Shown piece by piece: positions 32,097-42,790 of a stretch of DNA of 64,000 bases. Within the stretch, counting starts at the first letter, position 1. Every line of letters starts with the position of its first letter. The stretch covers positions 480,001-544,000 of the forward strand of contig CBDEFO010000008.1 in the NCBI GenBank assembly GCA_965237525.1. The letters are read 5' to 3'. Under the pieces are notes generated by a model. That model was not told the DNA's origin. It ran no database searches and saw only the letters and a program-made list of their open reading frames with translations. Source of the stretch: Candidatus Latescibacterota bacterium (GTDB lineage: Bacteria > Latescibacterota > CBDEFO01). The position numbers and the translations under genes are program-made.

Positions 32097-32869
32097 CCTC
32101 CGTCATCCTCCAGTCCGAAGAGTCTTAACGCGTTATCTGTCGTTTTCCTTGCCACCTCCTCAAAGCTCAAGTCCATCTTGCGGGAGAGTTTCTCTGCTAC
32201 ATAGAGGACGGACGAGGGCTCATTTCTTTCTCCTCTGATTCGCGATGGCGACTGATAGGGGCAGTCCGTCTCTAAAAGGACCCTGTCAAAGGGCATTCCC
32301 GTCGCTACTTTCAAAGCCTTCGACTTTCTGTAAGTAATTGCTCCTCCGAACGAGGCGTAGAAATTCATCTCCACACCTCTTAATGCCATATCCAGACTCC
32401 CCGAAAAACAGTGGAGCACTCCTCCGACCTCAGATGTACCCTCCTCCTTTAATATCGTCATCACCTCCCAATCAGCGTTCCTGTTGTGGACGATTAGGGG
32501 GAGTCCCAGATCCCTGGCAAGATGGATCTGTATCTTGAACATATCTATTTGCATGTCTCTCGAGGAGTATTCTCTAAAAAAATCTAGTCCTATCTCTCCT
32601 AAAGCCACAACCTTATTGTGGCTTGCTATCTCTCTCAGGCTCTCTATAAAGTTCTCCTTTGCGTACTGCGCATTATGAGGATGCACTCCCACAGTGGCAT
32701 ACACGTTCTCATAATTCTCAGATATCTCTATCGTCTTTTTACTCGACTCAACATCCGTCCCGATGGATATTATTATCCCCACTTTCGCATCCAACGCCCG
32801 TTTTATAACCTCGTCCCTGTCCTGGTCAAATTGGGGATAGTCTAAATGGGCATGAGTATCGATCAACAA
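32093..32869 (-). CDS. tatD: TatD-family DNase
   Basis: DTHAH, GVHPH, GEIGLD, HNR, HCFSG, ETDCPY. Confidence 0.94.
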   Translation of the reverse strand: MLIDTHAHLDYPQFDQDRDEVIKRALDAKVGIIISIGTDVESSKKTIEISENYENVYATVGVHPHNAQYAKENFIESLREIASHNKVVALGEIGLDFFREYSSRDMQIDMFKIQIHLARDLGLPLIVHNRNADWEVMTILKEEGTSEVGGVLHCFSGSLDMALRGVEMNFYASFGGAITYRKSKALKVATGMPFDRVLLETDCPYQSPSRIRGERNEPSSVLYVAEKLSRKMDLSFEEVARKTTDNALRLFGLEDDGG

Positions 32870-32889
32870 TAAATGTTCCCCGTAAGTTC

Positions 32890-34776
32890 CTAGGACACCT
32901 TAGCCCCTGGCGCGATCTCCCCATCCACAGTCACCAGCTTAAGCTCACCTTCGCTCTGAGCCGCCAGGAGCATTCCTTCGGACGTTACTCCTCTGATCCT
33001 TGCGGGCTTTAAGTTTACAACTACAACGATATTCTTTCCGACCAATTCATCGGGTGAGTAATACTCGGCGATCCCTGCGACTAACTGTCTCTCTTGTCCT
33101 CCCAGCTCAATTTGGAGCTTTAGGAGCTTATCCGCTCCCTCGACTTTCTCCGCCGACTCGATCTTTGCCACCTTCAAATCCACTCTCCCAAACTCGGAAA
33201 TATCTATAGTTCCACTCTCCTCTTCCTTGACATCTGGCATCTCTTTCTTCTTGTCTATCTTGGGAAATATTGCCTCACCTTTTTTCACCTTGACACCCGA
33301 CCTTATTCCTCCCCATATTCTCAGGCTATCTATCTTCACATCCGAAATATCCTCGTCCATCCCAAGTTGATGCCATATCGTCGCACAGCGCTCTGGCATG
33401 ACCGGATGCAGTAGCACAGCTATGTATCTTATCGACTCTAAAAGGTCGTACAGGACGGCTTTTAGTTCCGCCTTTTTACCGGCATCCCTGGCTAGCCTGA
33501 AGGGCGCCTTAATCTCGATGAACCTGTTCGCCTCTCTAACTAACTCCCATATCCGGTCCAGCATAGAATTCAATCTGAGCCACCTTAAATCTTTCTCCGC
33601 GCCATCCACCACAGCCTTTGCCTTCTCCATAAGGCTGCTATCCCAACGCTTCCCGGCCTCTGGAACTATACCGTCCAGATACCTTTCCACCATTGCCAAC
33701 GTTCTGCTCACCAGATTGCCCAGATCGTTAGCCAGGTCGAAATTGTACCTGTCCACAAAACGATCGGATGAAAAATCTCCGTCCTGACCGAACGAGATCT
33801 CTCTTATCAGGAAGTACCTCAAAGCATCTGCTCCGAATTGGTCCGCCATTTCTAAAGGGTCTATCACTCTCCCCAAGCTCTTGCTCAACTTTTCCCCCTC
33901 GAAATTAACAAAACCGTGTCCGAAGATGCTCTTGGGGAGTTCTATCCCTGCGGACATCAACATAGCGGGCCATATTACACAGTGGAATCTCGTAATATCC
34001 TTCCCGATAATATGGACATCTGCAGGCCAGTACTTTTTGAAAAGACCGTCTTTCTCTTCCCTGTAGTCTAAAGCCGAGATATAATTTATCAGCGCTTCGG
34101 GCCAGACGTACACTACGTGCGACTCATCTATGGGGAACGGGATACCCCAATCTTGGGACGACCTTGAGACGCTTATGTCCTCAAGCCCTCCTTCTATCAA
34201 ACTTAATATCTCGTTCTTCCTTATCTCGGGAACTATGAAATTAGGATTCTCCTGGATATGCCTTTTGATCCTGTCTGCATACTTAGAAAGAGCGAAGAAA
34301 TAGTTACTCTCTTGAATCCAGGTCGGCTTTGTGCCGTGATTTGCACACTTGCCGTCCACCAGATCCTTATCCGTGTAGAACGCCTCGCACGACTCACAGT
34401 ACCACCCTTCATATTCCCCTATATATATATCCCCGTTGTCGTACATCTGCTGAAATAGCCTCTGGACTACTACTTTATGCCTCTTTTGGGTGGTCCTTAT
34501 AAAATCGTCGTACGAAATATTCAGCCTTTTCCATATCCTCTCGAAGATCCCAGCCATCCGGTCGCAGTACGCCTGCGGTTCCAGCCCCTCATTGAGCGCT
34601 TCCTTTTTCACATTTATACTGTGCTCATCGAGTCCCATCAAAAAATAGACGTCAGATCCAAATAGCCTTTTAAACCGGGCTATCACATCTGCGCATATTT
34701 TCTCGTAAGCCGTGCCTACGTGAGGCGTGCTGTTAGTATAGTCTATAGCTGCTGTTATGTAGAACTTATCTTTCAT
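32890..34776 (-). CDS. metG: Methionyl-tRNA synthetase with C-terminal tRNA-binding domain
   Basis: HVGT (HIGH), DEHS, GKDI..FH, KLSKS (KMSKS), C-terminal Trbp111 domain. Confidence 0.97.
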   Translation of the reverse strand: MKDKFYITAAIDYTNSTPHVGTAYEKICADVIARFKRLFGSDVYFLMGLDEHSINVKKEALNEGLEPQAYCDRMAGIFERIWKRLNISYDDFIRTTQKRHKVVVQRLFQQMYDNGDIYIGEYEGWYCESCEAFYTDKDLVDGKCANHGTKPTWIQESNYFFALSKYADRIKRHIQENPNFIVPEIRKNEILSLIEGGLEDISVSRSSQDWGIPFPIDESHVVYVWPEALINYISALDYREEKDGLFKKYWPADVHIIGKDITRFHCVIWPAMLMSAGIELPKSIFGHGFVNFEGEKLSKSLGRVIDPLEMADQFGADALRYFLIREISFGQDGDFSSDRFVDRYNFDLANDLGNLVSRTLAMVERYLDGIVPEAGKRWDSSLMEKAKAVVDGAEKDLRWLRLNSMLDRIWELVREANRFIEIKAPFRLARDAGKKAELKAVLYDLLESIRYIAVLLHPVMPERCATIWHQLGMDEDISDVKIDSLRIWGGIRSGVKVKKGEAIFPKIDKKKEMPDVKEEESGTIDISEFGRVDLKVAKIESAEKVEGADKLLKLQIELGGQERQLVAGIAEYYSPDELVGKNIVVVVNLKPARIRGVTSEGMLLAAQSEGELKLVTVDGEIAPGAKVS

Positions 34777-34787
34777 AAAACTTATGC

Positions 34788-34819
34788 AAAGGGACTGACG
34801 GTTTCAAACTGTCAGTCCC
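34788..34819 (-). terminator. Strong hairpin 15 nt upstream of metG
   Basis: GGGACTGAC / GTCAGTCCC arms, short T tract on minus strand. Confidence 0.45.
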
Positions 34820-34982
34820 CCTTGCGTATCCTCCTTGTTTACATCAAGTTTTTGATCACCTCTTAGCGTTTATCTAAGATCTAAAAGTCCTGGCGGCTTT
34901 ATTGTTCGTCAAGTTCAAAGGACACCTCATCTTCAAACTCTCCATTTTCCCTCTCTTCTACTTGCGCTTTAGGTATGCGGCT

Positions 34983-35639
34983 TTATCCTTCCTGAGGAGG
35001 CTCTGGCGTTTGAGCAACTTCTGTTTGGGTCAGCAATTTTCGATAGACCGAAGCTGCAGCAATCAATGTCGTTGGGATAGTTGCGAACAGACCAATTAAC
35101 AATGCGAGTGCACCCAGTAAATTGATAGCTCCAAGTAATAACCCCAGGAGAAACAAATCCCACTTGACACCCTTTGTGATTGCAGAGCTTCTTTTTAGAG
35201 CTTCGATTGGTCCTACTCCCTCGTCAACAATAAAATAGCTATAGAAATAAAACTTGATGTTCCAGATAATACCAGGGATAATTAGCAAAATTGTCCCTCC
35301 AAGAATAATCAGCCCACAAAGAATTGAACCGAATAGAAACTTAAAAAATAAGGGGGAACAAGAGAAAAGATCAGCAAATTTACCCCTTTCTCCATCGCAA
35401 AATCTCAGGCTAATTCTGATTAATCCCATTGTTATTACCAACTGTAAAACCAAAAATGGGACCGTAATGATGGTGGATAAAAAAGGGCTTTCTTCTCCTA
35501 CCAATGCTTGGATAATTCCAGGAGCAAAACAAATCAATCCCACAACTATAAAAAGACCGATGAAAAAACCAAGATTGCTTTTCATCGTGGTCCATCCAAA
35601 CCGTACTGCCTCGCCCTTAGAAAACTTTTCTGTCGACAT
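34983..35639 (-). CDS. Integral membrane protein (DUF975-like)
   Basis: Five hydrophobic segments, LLIIPGIIW, GPIEALKRSSAITKG..W; visibly AT-richer than neighbours. Confidence 0.75.
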   Translation of the reverse strand: MSTEKFSKGEAVRFGWTTMKSNLGFFIGLFIVVGLICFAPGIIQALVGEESPFLSTIITVPFLVLQLVITMGLIRISLRFCDGERGKFADLFSCSPLFFKFLFGSILCGLIILGGTILLIIPGIIWNIKFYFYSYFIVDEGVGPIEALKRSSAITKGVKWDLFLLGLLLGAINLLGALALLIGLFATIPTTLIAAASVYRKLLTQTEVAQTPEPPQEG

Positions 35640-35679
35640 ATTTTATTCTCCTGCTTGACATTTTGCCGCAGCACTTTCT

Positions 35680-36510
35680 TTATTTAACTACCAAAGAAAC
35701 TTTTTCCAAAGGCTCCTTTGCAGGGGACTCTACCTCCTGCAGCGGCAAGAGTTGCTCAGTTCCATTCTCACTCCTTACACAGACACTGTCCTTGAAGATA
35801 TTGTAAGAGCACTCCTGGCACTTTCCGTGAACCGTATTCACTGTCGTTCCCATCCTTGGGAATCTCTGCTTGGCTTCTGTGTAGAATCCCAATTCGTATA
35901 GAAGACAGCATTTAAGCCTTCCACAACATCATAGGAGTTTGTTAAGACTGGAAGATAGATTTTGCTCTCTGGCGTATTGAGATGAGATAGGTTCAAACTC
36001 CCTCATAAAAGAGGAACAACACAGCCTCCTGCCGCACATACCGTACCCGTCTACCCTCTGGACGTGATCCCTTACGCCTATCTGTCTCATTTCAATTCTG
36101 GTCTTATATACCGATGCCAGATCTTTGACCAAGTCTCTGAAGTCTACTCTATTTTCCGCTGTAAAGAAGAAACACAGTTTGCTTCTATCGAACTGGTACT
36201 CCGCGTCGATCAAATCCATTTCCAAGCGACGCTCCATAGCCCTTACCTTGCAATCAGAAAGAGCATCTTCCTCTTTTTTTGTCTTTTCTTCAAGCTGAGC
36301 GATCTCATCCTCTTAGGCCTTCCTCAGTATCCTCTTTGGCTTTTCAGGTCTGTTCCGGAGAATACTAACGGGGTAGGCCACTCTTCCGAGACCTTGGCCT
36401 CTGTCGGCCTCAACTATTACAAAATCGCCCTGCTCAAGCTCCAATCCGCTCGGACTTGAGAACATCTCCTTCCGTTTAGGTTTGAACTCTATCTCATATA
36501 TATCTAACAT
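35680..36510 (-). pseudogene. ricT: PSP1/RicT (YaaT) family gene with two in-frame stops
   Basis: Three ORF-track pieces share one frame; TAA 36313-36315 and TGA 35929-35931; RVDFRDLVKDLA, CGRRLCC, CGRLKCC; holB-ricT-metG order. Confidence 0.88.
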
Positions 36511-36550
36511 CTTATACCTTTTGTTTCCATGCTTTTGGCTGTATCCACAA

Positions 36551-37630
36551 CTATGCGGTCTTAGCTGCACTATCCCTAATCTCTTTATAGAGCGACAGCA
36601 TAATTAGCTGTAGATTGACATTACGCGACATCATTTCAAAAGATGCTTCGATCTTGGCAGCGAGTCTTTCTAAAAGGTTCATTTGGAGAACTCTCGAAAG
36701 GTTTTCTAAATCTTCTAAGCGCCCCAAATTAGTCACTCTATCGTTTAAGCCCTCACTGTAGAGAAAGATATCCTTTAGCCAGATCAGCATCATCTTTAGG
36801 GTTCGCTGCACATTCTCCCGTGCCCCTCTTACCGCAGAATTTTCTATTATGTTCAGAATCTTCAGCTCATCTTTCAGAATGGAGGCGCTTATAAAGTCAA
36901 GAGCGGCATTCAGTTCCTCATCTAGATTCCCGGACGCCCACTGGTTTGCCCTTGTCAAGCTACCATCTGCTATGGAAGAGACCAACCTTGCCTGTTTCTG
37001 GTCGAGGCCCATCTTTTCTATCAACCCTTTTTCAACTTCTCCATCCCTGAGCAGCTCTAGGTTTAACTTCTGGCATCTGGAAAGGACAGCAGGCAGCATC
37101 GAGTCGGGCTTCGACGTGGTTAAGATCAAGAGAGCATCCGTTCGCGGCTCCTCTAAAGTCTTCAGAAGGGCGCTTGCGGCCTCTGCCTTCATCTTGTCCG
37201 CCTCTAATATGACAATCACCTTCTTTTTCCCCTCAAACGCACCGTAGTTTATGTCCCTTTCTACCTGTCTGACTCTATCTATCGACACAGAGGGGTTTCC
37301 ACCCTGTTCTCCCATAAGGTAGGGGTCTTGAGTCATACTCAAAAGAGCTTTTCTCTCGTCCTCAGTATCCTTATCGGACGTTAAAGGCAGGATGAATTTC
37401 ACATCAGGGTGATTAAGTGATGCAACCTTCCTGCACGATCTACACTCGTCGCACGCATCCGAATGTAGAGTCTCACAATTTACAGCCTTGGCAAGCTCAA
37501 ACGCTAAAGCCCTCTTCCCCACACCCTCAGATCCGCAGAAAAGGAGAGCGTGCGCAAGCCTTTTCTCCTCCAGCGCGCTCTTTAGGATCTTTTTTACTCT
37601 GTCCTGGCCGATGACGTTATCAAAAGACAT
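36551..37630 (-). CDS. holB: DNA polymerase III delta' subunit
   Basis: GSEGVGK, C..C..C..C, HPD, ALLKTLEEP, SRC. Confidence 0.93.
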   Translation of the reverse strand: MSFDNVIGQDRVKKILKSALEEKRLAHALLFCGSEGVGKRALAFELAKAVNCETLHSDACDECRSCRKVASLNHPDVKFILPLTSDKDTEDERKALLSMTQDPYLMGEQGGNPSVSIDRVRQVERDINYGAFEGKKKVIVILEADKMKAEAASALLKTLEEPRTDALLILTTSKPDSMLPAVLSRCQKLNLELLRDGEVEKGLIEKMGLDQKQARLVSSIADGSLTRANQWASGNLDEELNAALDFISASILKDELKILNIIENSAVRGARENVQRTLKMMLIWLKDIFLYSEGLNDRVTNLGRLEDLENLSRVLQMNLLERLAAKIEASFEMMSRNVNLQLIMLSLYKEIRDSAAKTA

Positions 37631-37708
37631 CTTATTTCAATTTGCCTTTTAGGTCCTGAAACATTATCAAGATAATGACAAAAGCTTAATATTGTCAAGA
37701 TGTTTTGC

Positions 37709-38566
37709 TCAAGTTCCGCTATTATCCTGATCGAAAAACTCTATTAACTTAGCGATAGTATCCTTCATCTTGCCTCTGTGCACTATCATATCTAAGAATC
37801 CGTGTTCAAGCACAGACTCCGACAACTGGAATCCCTCTGGCAGTTCCTCTATATTCAGCGACTGCATGATAACCCTCGGCCCTGCAAAGCCTATAAGGGA
37901 CTTGGGTTCGGCTATTATGATGTCTCCGAGCATTCCGAAGCTTGCCGACACGCCTCCTGTCGTCGGATTTGTCAATAGGGAAATGTAGGGTATCCCTTCG
38001 TCAGACAACTGATGCAGTTTGGCACACACCTTGGCCATCTGCATAAGCGCAAGAGCGCTCTCCTGCATCCTTGCTCCACCAGATTGACATACGATAATCA
38101 ACGGTATTTTCTCCACCTTAGCCCTATCTATCAGCCTTGCCAACTTCTCCCCCATAGCAGAATCCAGACTCCCCATTATGAACCGCTGATCTAAAACTCC
38201 TAAAGCCGTCTTATTGCCCTCTATTGTTCCTATCCCCGTCCTCACAGCGGCCTTTAGACCAGTTTTTTCTCTTCCGTCCTTGATCCTGTCGGTGTAGCGC
38301 TTATTATCTTTGAACTTCAAAGGGTCTGCAGATCCTACCTCCGAGTTAATGTCCTCAAAACTTCCTTCATCCATCAAAAGCTCTACGTAGACCTCGTGAC
38401 CCGCCTGAAAGTGATAATTGCACTGCGGACAGACCCAGAACCCTTTCTCAAGGTCTTTTCTATAGATCGTATTTTCACACCCGTCGCACTTAATCCATAT
38501 ATCCTCGGGTATCCCCCTCTTTATCCTTGTCTTAATCCCCTTTTTTATCTTATCGAACCAGTTCAT
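37709..38566 (-). CDS. accD: Acetyl-CoA carboxylase carboxyltransferase beta
   Basis: Zn finger CDGC..CPQC, SGGARMQE, PTTGGV, GFAGPRV. Confidence 0.96.
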   Translation of the reverse strand: MNWFDKIKKGIKTRIKRGIPEDIWIKCDGCENTIYRKDLEKGFWVCPQCNYHFQAGHEVYVELLMDEGSFEDINSEVGSADPLKFKDNKRYTDRIKDGREKTGLKAAVRTGIGTIEGNKTALGVLDQRFIMGSLDSAMGEKLARLIDRAKVEKIPLIIVCQSGGARMQESALALMQMAKVCAKLHQLSDEGIPYISLLTNPTTGGVSASFGMLGDIIIAEPKSLIGFAGPRVIMQSLNIEELPEGFQLSESVLEHGFLDMIVHRGKMKDTIAKLIEFFDQDNSGT

Positions 38567-38587
38567 ATTTCTCCTTTAGTTGATCTG

Positions 38588-39394
38588 CTATACGCAATCT
38601 ACTAGCCCCGTTAGAAAGTCCGACATCTTCTGTTTAAATCTTTCAGAAACCGCTATAACTCCGGAATGATCCAGACTGTCTGGGCGATTTCCAAAGGTCA
38701 GATTAGATATGAAAGAGACGCCTAGGACGTCCATACTCTGTTCTTTTGCCGCTTTAACCTCAGGTATAGTGGACATCGTCACAGCGTCAACCCCTATCCG
38801 TCTTGCCATCTCCAGTTCAGCTGGTGTCTCATAAGAAGGGCCCAACATGCCCAGAAGGACACCTTCCTTTAGCGAGATCCCGTGCCTTTGTGCCGCTTGG
38901 TATGCCCTCTTTCGAAGTTTCATCGAGCAGTAGCTTTCCCCTCCCGAACTGAGGAAACTTAGCCTTCTCCTTTCCAGCATAAACGTCCCCACGTGATCTG
39001 AGATAAGCATAAGATCACCTACGCGAAACGCTTTGTTTATCCCACCTGAAGCGTTCGTAACTACAAGGTTCTTCACACCCAAAGTCCCTATTGCTCTGAT
39101 CGGGAAAGTCACCTCGTCCCAGTCGAGACCCTCATAGAGGTGCGCCCTCCCCGACATAACTAGGCACCTTTTACCCGAAACTGAACCCAGGTACAACATC
39201 CCTTCGTGGCCCTGGACACGGCAGTTCCAAAAATGAGGGATCTTGCTGTACGAAATGGAAAGATCGAACTTGAAAGACTCCGCAAAGACTCTCCATCCTG
39301 ATCCCAACACAACCCCGGTTTTCGCCCCCGTAAAGCCCTGTCCCCTGAGGAATTCGGAGGTTTCTATAACAGTGTCTATGGTACTTTTACTCAA
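38588..39394 (-). CDS. Purine nucleoside phosphorylase (trimeric type)
   Basis: LGSG, GRAHLYEG, TNASGG, GPSYETPAE, MSTIPE. Confidence 0.92.
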   Translation of the reverse strand: MSKSTIDTVIETSEFLRGQGFTGAKTGVVLGSGWRVFAESFKFDLSISYSKIPHFWNCRVQGHEGMLYLGSVSGKRCLVMSGRAHLYEGLDWDEVTFPIRAIGTLGVKNLVVTNASGGINKAFRVGDLMLISDHVGTFMLERRRLSFLSSGGESYCSMKLRKRAYQAAQRHGISLKEGVLLGMLGPSYETPAELEMARRIGVDAVTMSTIPEVKAAKEQSMDVLGVSFISNLTFGNRPDSLDHSGVIAVSERFKQKMSDFLTGLVDCV

Positions 39395-39885
39395 ATAAAC
39401 TTCACCATCACCAGAGAGTCTTCGACAGGATTCCTGTAATAGTTGTCCCTTATTGCAACTCCCGCGAAGCCGTATTTATTATAAAGAGAAGTAGCTTTAT
39501 CGTTGGACATCCTCACCTCTAAAGTCACCATCTTGGATCCCTCTTTTTGTACCCTTTCTAAGATCCACTCTAAAAGGGCACTGCCAAGACCCTTTCCCCT
39601 TTTGTCTCTTGCGACAGCGAAATTTGCCAGGTGAAATTCATCGTTTACGAAGAGGCCCGCAGCGTACGCCGCGATGTTCCTGTTGAACGTTCCCACAACA
39701 GCCAACACGTTCTTATCTTTTAACAACAGTTTAAAATCGTCTTCCCTCCAGGGACTTCCGAAGGAATCCATTTCAATAACCATAATCTCATCTATATGCT
39801 TTTTCCCCATCGGGATAATCTTGAAAACCTCAAAACCCAACTTACTTTCATCTTGACGATCAGATTTGGTGGCGGCATCAGACAT
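39391..39885 (-). CDS. rimI: Ribosomal-protein-alanine N-acetyltransferase
   Basis: RGKGLG, TLEVRMSN, LY.KYGF, R.NYY..EDS. Confidence 0.9.
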   Translation of the reverse strand: MSDAATKSDRQDESKLGFEVFKIIPMGKKHIDEIMVIEMDSFGSPWREDDFKLLLKDKNVLAVVGTFNRNIAAYAAGLFVNDEFHLANFAVARDKRGKGLGSALLEWILERVQKEGSKMVTLEVRMSNDKATSLYNKYGFAGVAIRDNYYRNPVEDSLVMVKFI

Positions 39886-40033
39886 GCAGATTTCACCTCT
39901 ATCCTAAAGCGTGGGCACCTAAATAAGTAGTGAGTAGACAGGCCCCCTCCTGCCGTCCCTCAGACCGCCTCTCTCTTAATGCTGTCGATACCTTATATCT
40001 CTATAGTCTTGTCGCGACTATTTTGACAAATCC

Positions 40034-40711
40034 TTAGATACCCAATTGGGTCTCCGATTTCCTCAGATAAACAGGCTGAACGCTGTAAAGATCAGTTACC
40101 TCTTCTGCTTCAAGCTTTTCAAGACCCAATCTTGCCACCGCGCCCGCAGAGGGCGTGAAAAGCTCCTTCGGAGCAAAATGGGCATCTTTCCCCAACGCCG
40201 AGACGATCTCATCCCTGTAGAGCATTGCTCCGTTTCCCAAAAATACCGTGGGCCTCTCAATACGCTTCAACATATTGTCAGGGGAAACCACAATAGGCTC
40301 CCACAACCTCCTCAGACTCCCATTGGGGGCTTCGTAAAGACAGGCATAGACCTCCTTCTTCCTCGCATCCAGAGTCGGGCACACGTGGTAGCTCGAGAAA
40401 GGTACCCTCCACGCAAAAGCGTCCAGAGTCGAAACAGCCACAAGTGGACATCCGCACCCAAAACATAGCCCCTTAGCCACGCTCAGACCTATCCTCAAGC
40501 CTGTAAAAGACCCTGGTCCTATAGAGATAGCTATCCCATTCAGTTCGCCTGCAGATATATCTCCATCCTTCAAAACAGACTCTATCATCAAAGCCAATCT
40601 CTCCGCGTGAGTCGTCCCTGAGTCCAACGTACGCTCTGCGATCAACCTCGACTCATCCAGAAGAGCCACACTGCAAATGGGTGTCGCTGTCTCAATTGCC
40701 AGTACTATCAC
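40034..40711 (-). CDS. tsaB: tRNA t6A biosynthesis protein TsaB
   Basis: LAIETAT, GPGSFTGLRIG, DARKKEVY, PVYLR. Confidence 0.95.
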   Translation of the reverse strand: MIVLAIETATPICSVALLDESRLIAERTLDSGTTHAERLALMIESVLKDGDISAGELNGIAISIGPGSFTGLRIGLSVAKGLCFGCGCPLVAVSTLDAFAWRVPFSSYHVCPTLDARKKEVYACLYEAPNGSLRRLWEPIVVSPDNMLKRIERPTVFLGNGAMLYRDEIVSALGKDAHFAPKELFTPSAGAVARLGLEKLEAEEVTDLYSVQPVYLRKSETQLGI

Positions 40712-40811
40712 GACTTTTCCTCTGAATTTAAGTATCGGGTCAAAATAGTCTGGACAAGATTATAGAGATCCAAAATAGTACACAGCATACAAGGGAGTAA
40801 GGCACCCTGTC

Positions 40812-40911
40812 TACTAACGTTGGACCCATACCCAAATGGCCAAAGCAGTGCGAGGCCATTGCCGTCAGGGCCAAGGAGCGAAGCGACGTAGCGGGTATGG
40901 AGTTGTTAAAT
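40812..40911 (-). other. attC-like integron cassette recombination site (100 bp)
   Basis: Minus strand ATTTAAC (RYYYAAC) ..CCATACCC..AATGGCC/GGCCATT..GGGTATGG.. GTTAGTA; begins 28 nt after the GNAT stop. Confidence 0.85.
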
Positions 40912-40939
40912 GTAGGTTCATAGTTTTAGCATCGTAGTT

Positions 40940-41497
40940 TCAAGATTTTAAAGGCTCCCATTCGTCTCTCAATAGGCCATATAAATACATATCGTATCTC
41001 TGTCCATCACGTTCTACAAACTTCCTAAATACCCCTTCTTTCTGAAAACCTACTTTTTCATATAGGGCAATTGCACGAGGGTTATATTCAAAGACCGTTA
41101 ATTGAAGTCTGTAGAGATTTAATTCGTTGAAGGCATATTGAATGATAAGGTATGTGGCTTCTGTACCATAGCCTTTGCCCCAATTATCCGGTTCGCCAAT
41201 GCCAATTCCCAAATAGGCCACGCGATTAGGCCACGCGATGCCCGTTATCCCGGTAACTCCTATGAGTTCGTCTTGGTTGTGCAGTCTTATGGCAAACGTA
41301 AGTTCACGGTCAGTCTTTCCTGCCTCATCAATCCACTCATTGAGACTTACTTCGCTGCGCTCAATCAATGGATTTGAATTCCATAATCGCAAAAAGCGTG
41401 TATCTTCTCTCCATTTAAGAATAGTAGGTACATCACTTTTTCTTAAACCTGTCAGTCTGATGTTCTCTCCAGCCAACAGATTTTCTTGAATTACCAT
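40940..41497 (-). CDS. GNAT acetyltransferase (RimJ/RimL/SpeG-like), cassette cargo
   Basis: WGKGYG, NPRAIALYEKVGF; visibly AT-rich; bracketed by GTTAAATG and attC. Confidence 0.9.
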   Translation of the reverse strand: MVIQENLLAGENIRLTGLRKSDVPTILKWREDTRFLRLWNSNPLIERSEVSLNEWIDEAGKTDRELTFAIRLHNQDELIGVTGITGIAWPNRVAYLGIGIGEPDNWGKGYGTEATYLIIQYAFNELNLYRLQLTVFEYNPRAIALYEKVGFQKEGVFRKFVERDGQRYDMYLYGLLRDEWEPLKS

Positions 41498-41764
41498 TAC
41501 ATTGCACTCCTAAACATCAATATCAATAATGAACTTTCATTTAACTGTAGATATGCGACAAGTTTTGTCGAGCTACTTATAGGGATATCAATATAGATTC
41601 TCTTCAAGTTATGTGGCTACTTCTTTCTTGACTTCATAATTAGACAGCATAGTCGGCCGAGCTATTAAAAGACCGGCTATGGTAACTCCTGCTGACAAGA
41701 GCAAAGCAGTGCACATCAGTCAGTATCTCTCTTCTTCCAGAAAGTATATCCGTACAAGATTCGG

Positions 41765-42790
41765 TTATAGCAGCGTCATCTGGCTCTTATCGTCTACCGC
41801 CCTATTTTTCCCGAAGTGCCTGTAAGCCAGAAGCGTAGCCTTTCTTCCTCTTGGGGTCCGTTCTAAGTAACCTTCCTGAATCAGATAGGGTTCATATACC
41901 TCCTCAATCGTGTCCGGCTCCTCGCCCACAGCGGCCGCTAGATTCGTCAGACCTGTGGGTCCGCCCTCAAACTTGTCTATCAAGGCTAAAAGGATCTTCT
42001 TGTCCATCTCATCCAACCCCTCCTCGTCCACGTTCAGCATTATCAAAGCCTCATTTGCCACATCCAGGTTTATAACCCCATCCGCCTTTACCTCGGCAAA
42101 ATCCCTTATTCTTCTCAACAGTCTGTTTACCACCCTTGCAGTTCCTCTGGATCTCTTTGCGATCTCTTCTGCTCCTTCATCATCTATCTTGACGTCCAAT
42201 ATCCTCGCAGATCTCTTGGCGATCCGAATCAACTCATCCACGCTGTAGAAATTCACTCGCTCCATGATCCCGAACCGGGACCTTAAAGGGGAAGTCAAAA
42301 GACCTATTCTTGTCGTGGCGCCCACCATCGTGAATTTGTCCAGATTGAGCCTCACAGACCGAGCCCTCGGGCCCTGATCTATGATTATGTCTATCACAAA
42401 ATCCTCCATAGCGGGATAGAGATACTCTTCCACTGCCCTGTTCAGTCTGTGGATTTCATCTATAAACAGGATATCTCCGTCGTTCAAATTTGTCAGGATT
42501 CCTGAAAGATCGAAAGGTGACTGAAAGAGTGGCCCTGAGGATGGCTTGAAGTTCACGCCCATCTCGTGTGCTATGATAGTCGCCAAGGTGGTCTTTCCCA
42601 ATCCAGGGGGTCCGTGAAGCAAGATATGGTCTAGCGCTTCACCTCTTTTCTTTGCCGCTTGGATGTATACTTTTAGATTCTCCTTCACTTGCTGCTGTCC
42701 CGGGAAGTCCTCGAATCTTACGGGTCGAAGCGATTCTTCAAACTCTAAATCGTCGCCCAATGGATCTGGGGCAGTCATTCGCTCGTTCAT
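41765..42790 (-). CDS. ruvB: Holliday junction helicase RuvB
   Basis: [35 protein letters not shown]. Confidence 0.97.
   Translation of the reverse strand: MNERMTAPDPLGDDLEFEESLRPVRFEDFPGQQQVKENLKVYIQAAKKRGEALDHILLHGPPGLGKTTLATIIAHEMGVNFKPSSGPLFQSPFDLSGILTNLNDGDILFIDEIHRLNRAVEEYLYPAMEDFVIDIIIDQGPRARSVRLNLDKFTMVGATTRIGLLTSPLRSRFGIMERVNFYSVDELIRIAKRSARILDVKIDDEGAEEIAKRSRGTARVVNRLLRRIRDFAEVKADGVINLDVANEALIMLNVDEEGLDEMDKKILLALIDKFEGGPTGLTNLAAAVGEEPDTIEEVYEPYLIQEGYLERTPRGRKATLLAYRHFGKNRAVDDKSQMTLL

Noticed and set aside
34777..34982. T-box or SAM riboswitch before metG
   Set aside because: A hairpin is present but no T-box bulge (TGGNACC) or SAM-I core was recognised
34983..35688. DUF975-like gene as an integron cassette
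   Set aside because: GTTAAAT upstream (35688-35682) is also simply the ricT end; no RYYYAAC or palindrome downstream
35929..35931. Selenocysteine or code-25 reading of TGA in ricT
   Set aside because: The position corresponds to Gly, the same gene has a TAA, and TGA terminates many intact genes in the window
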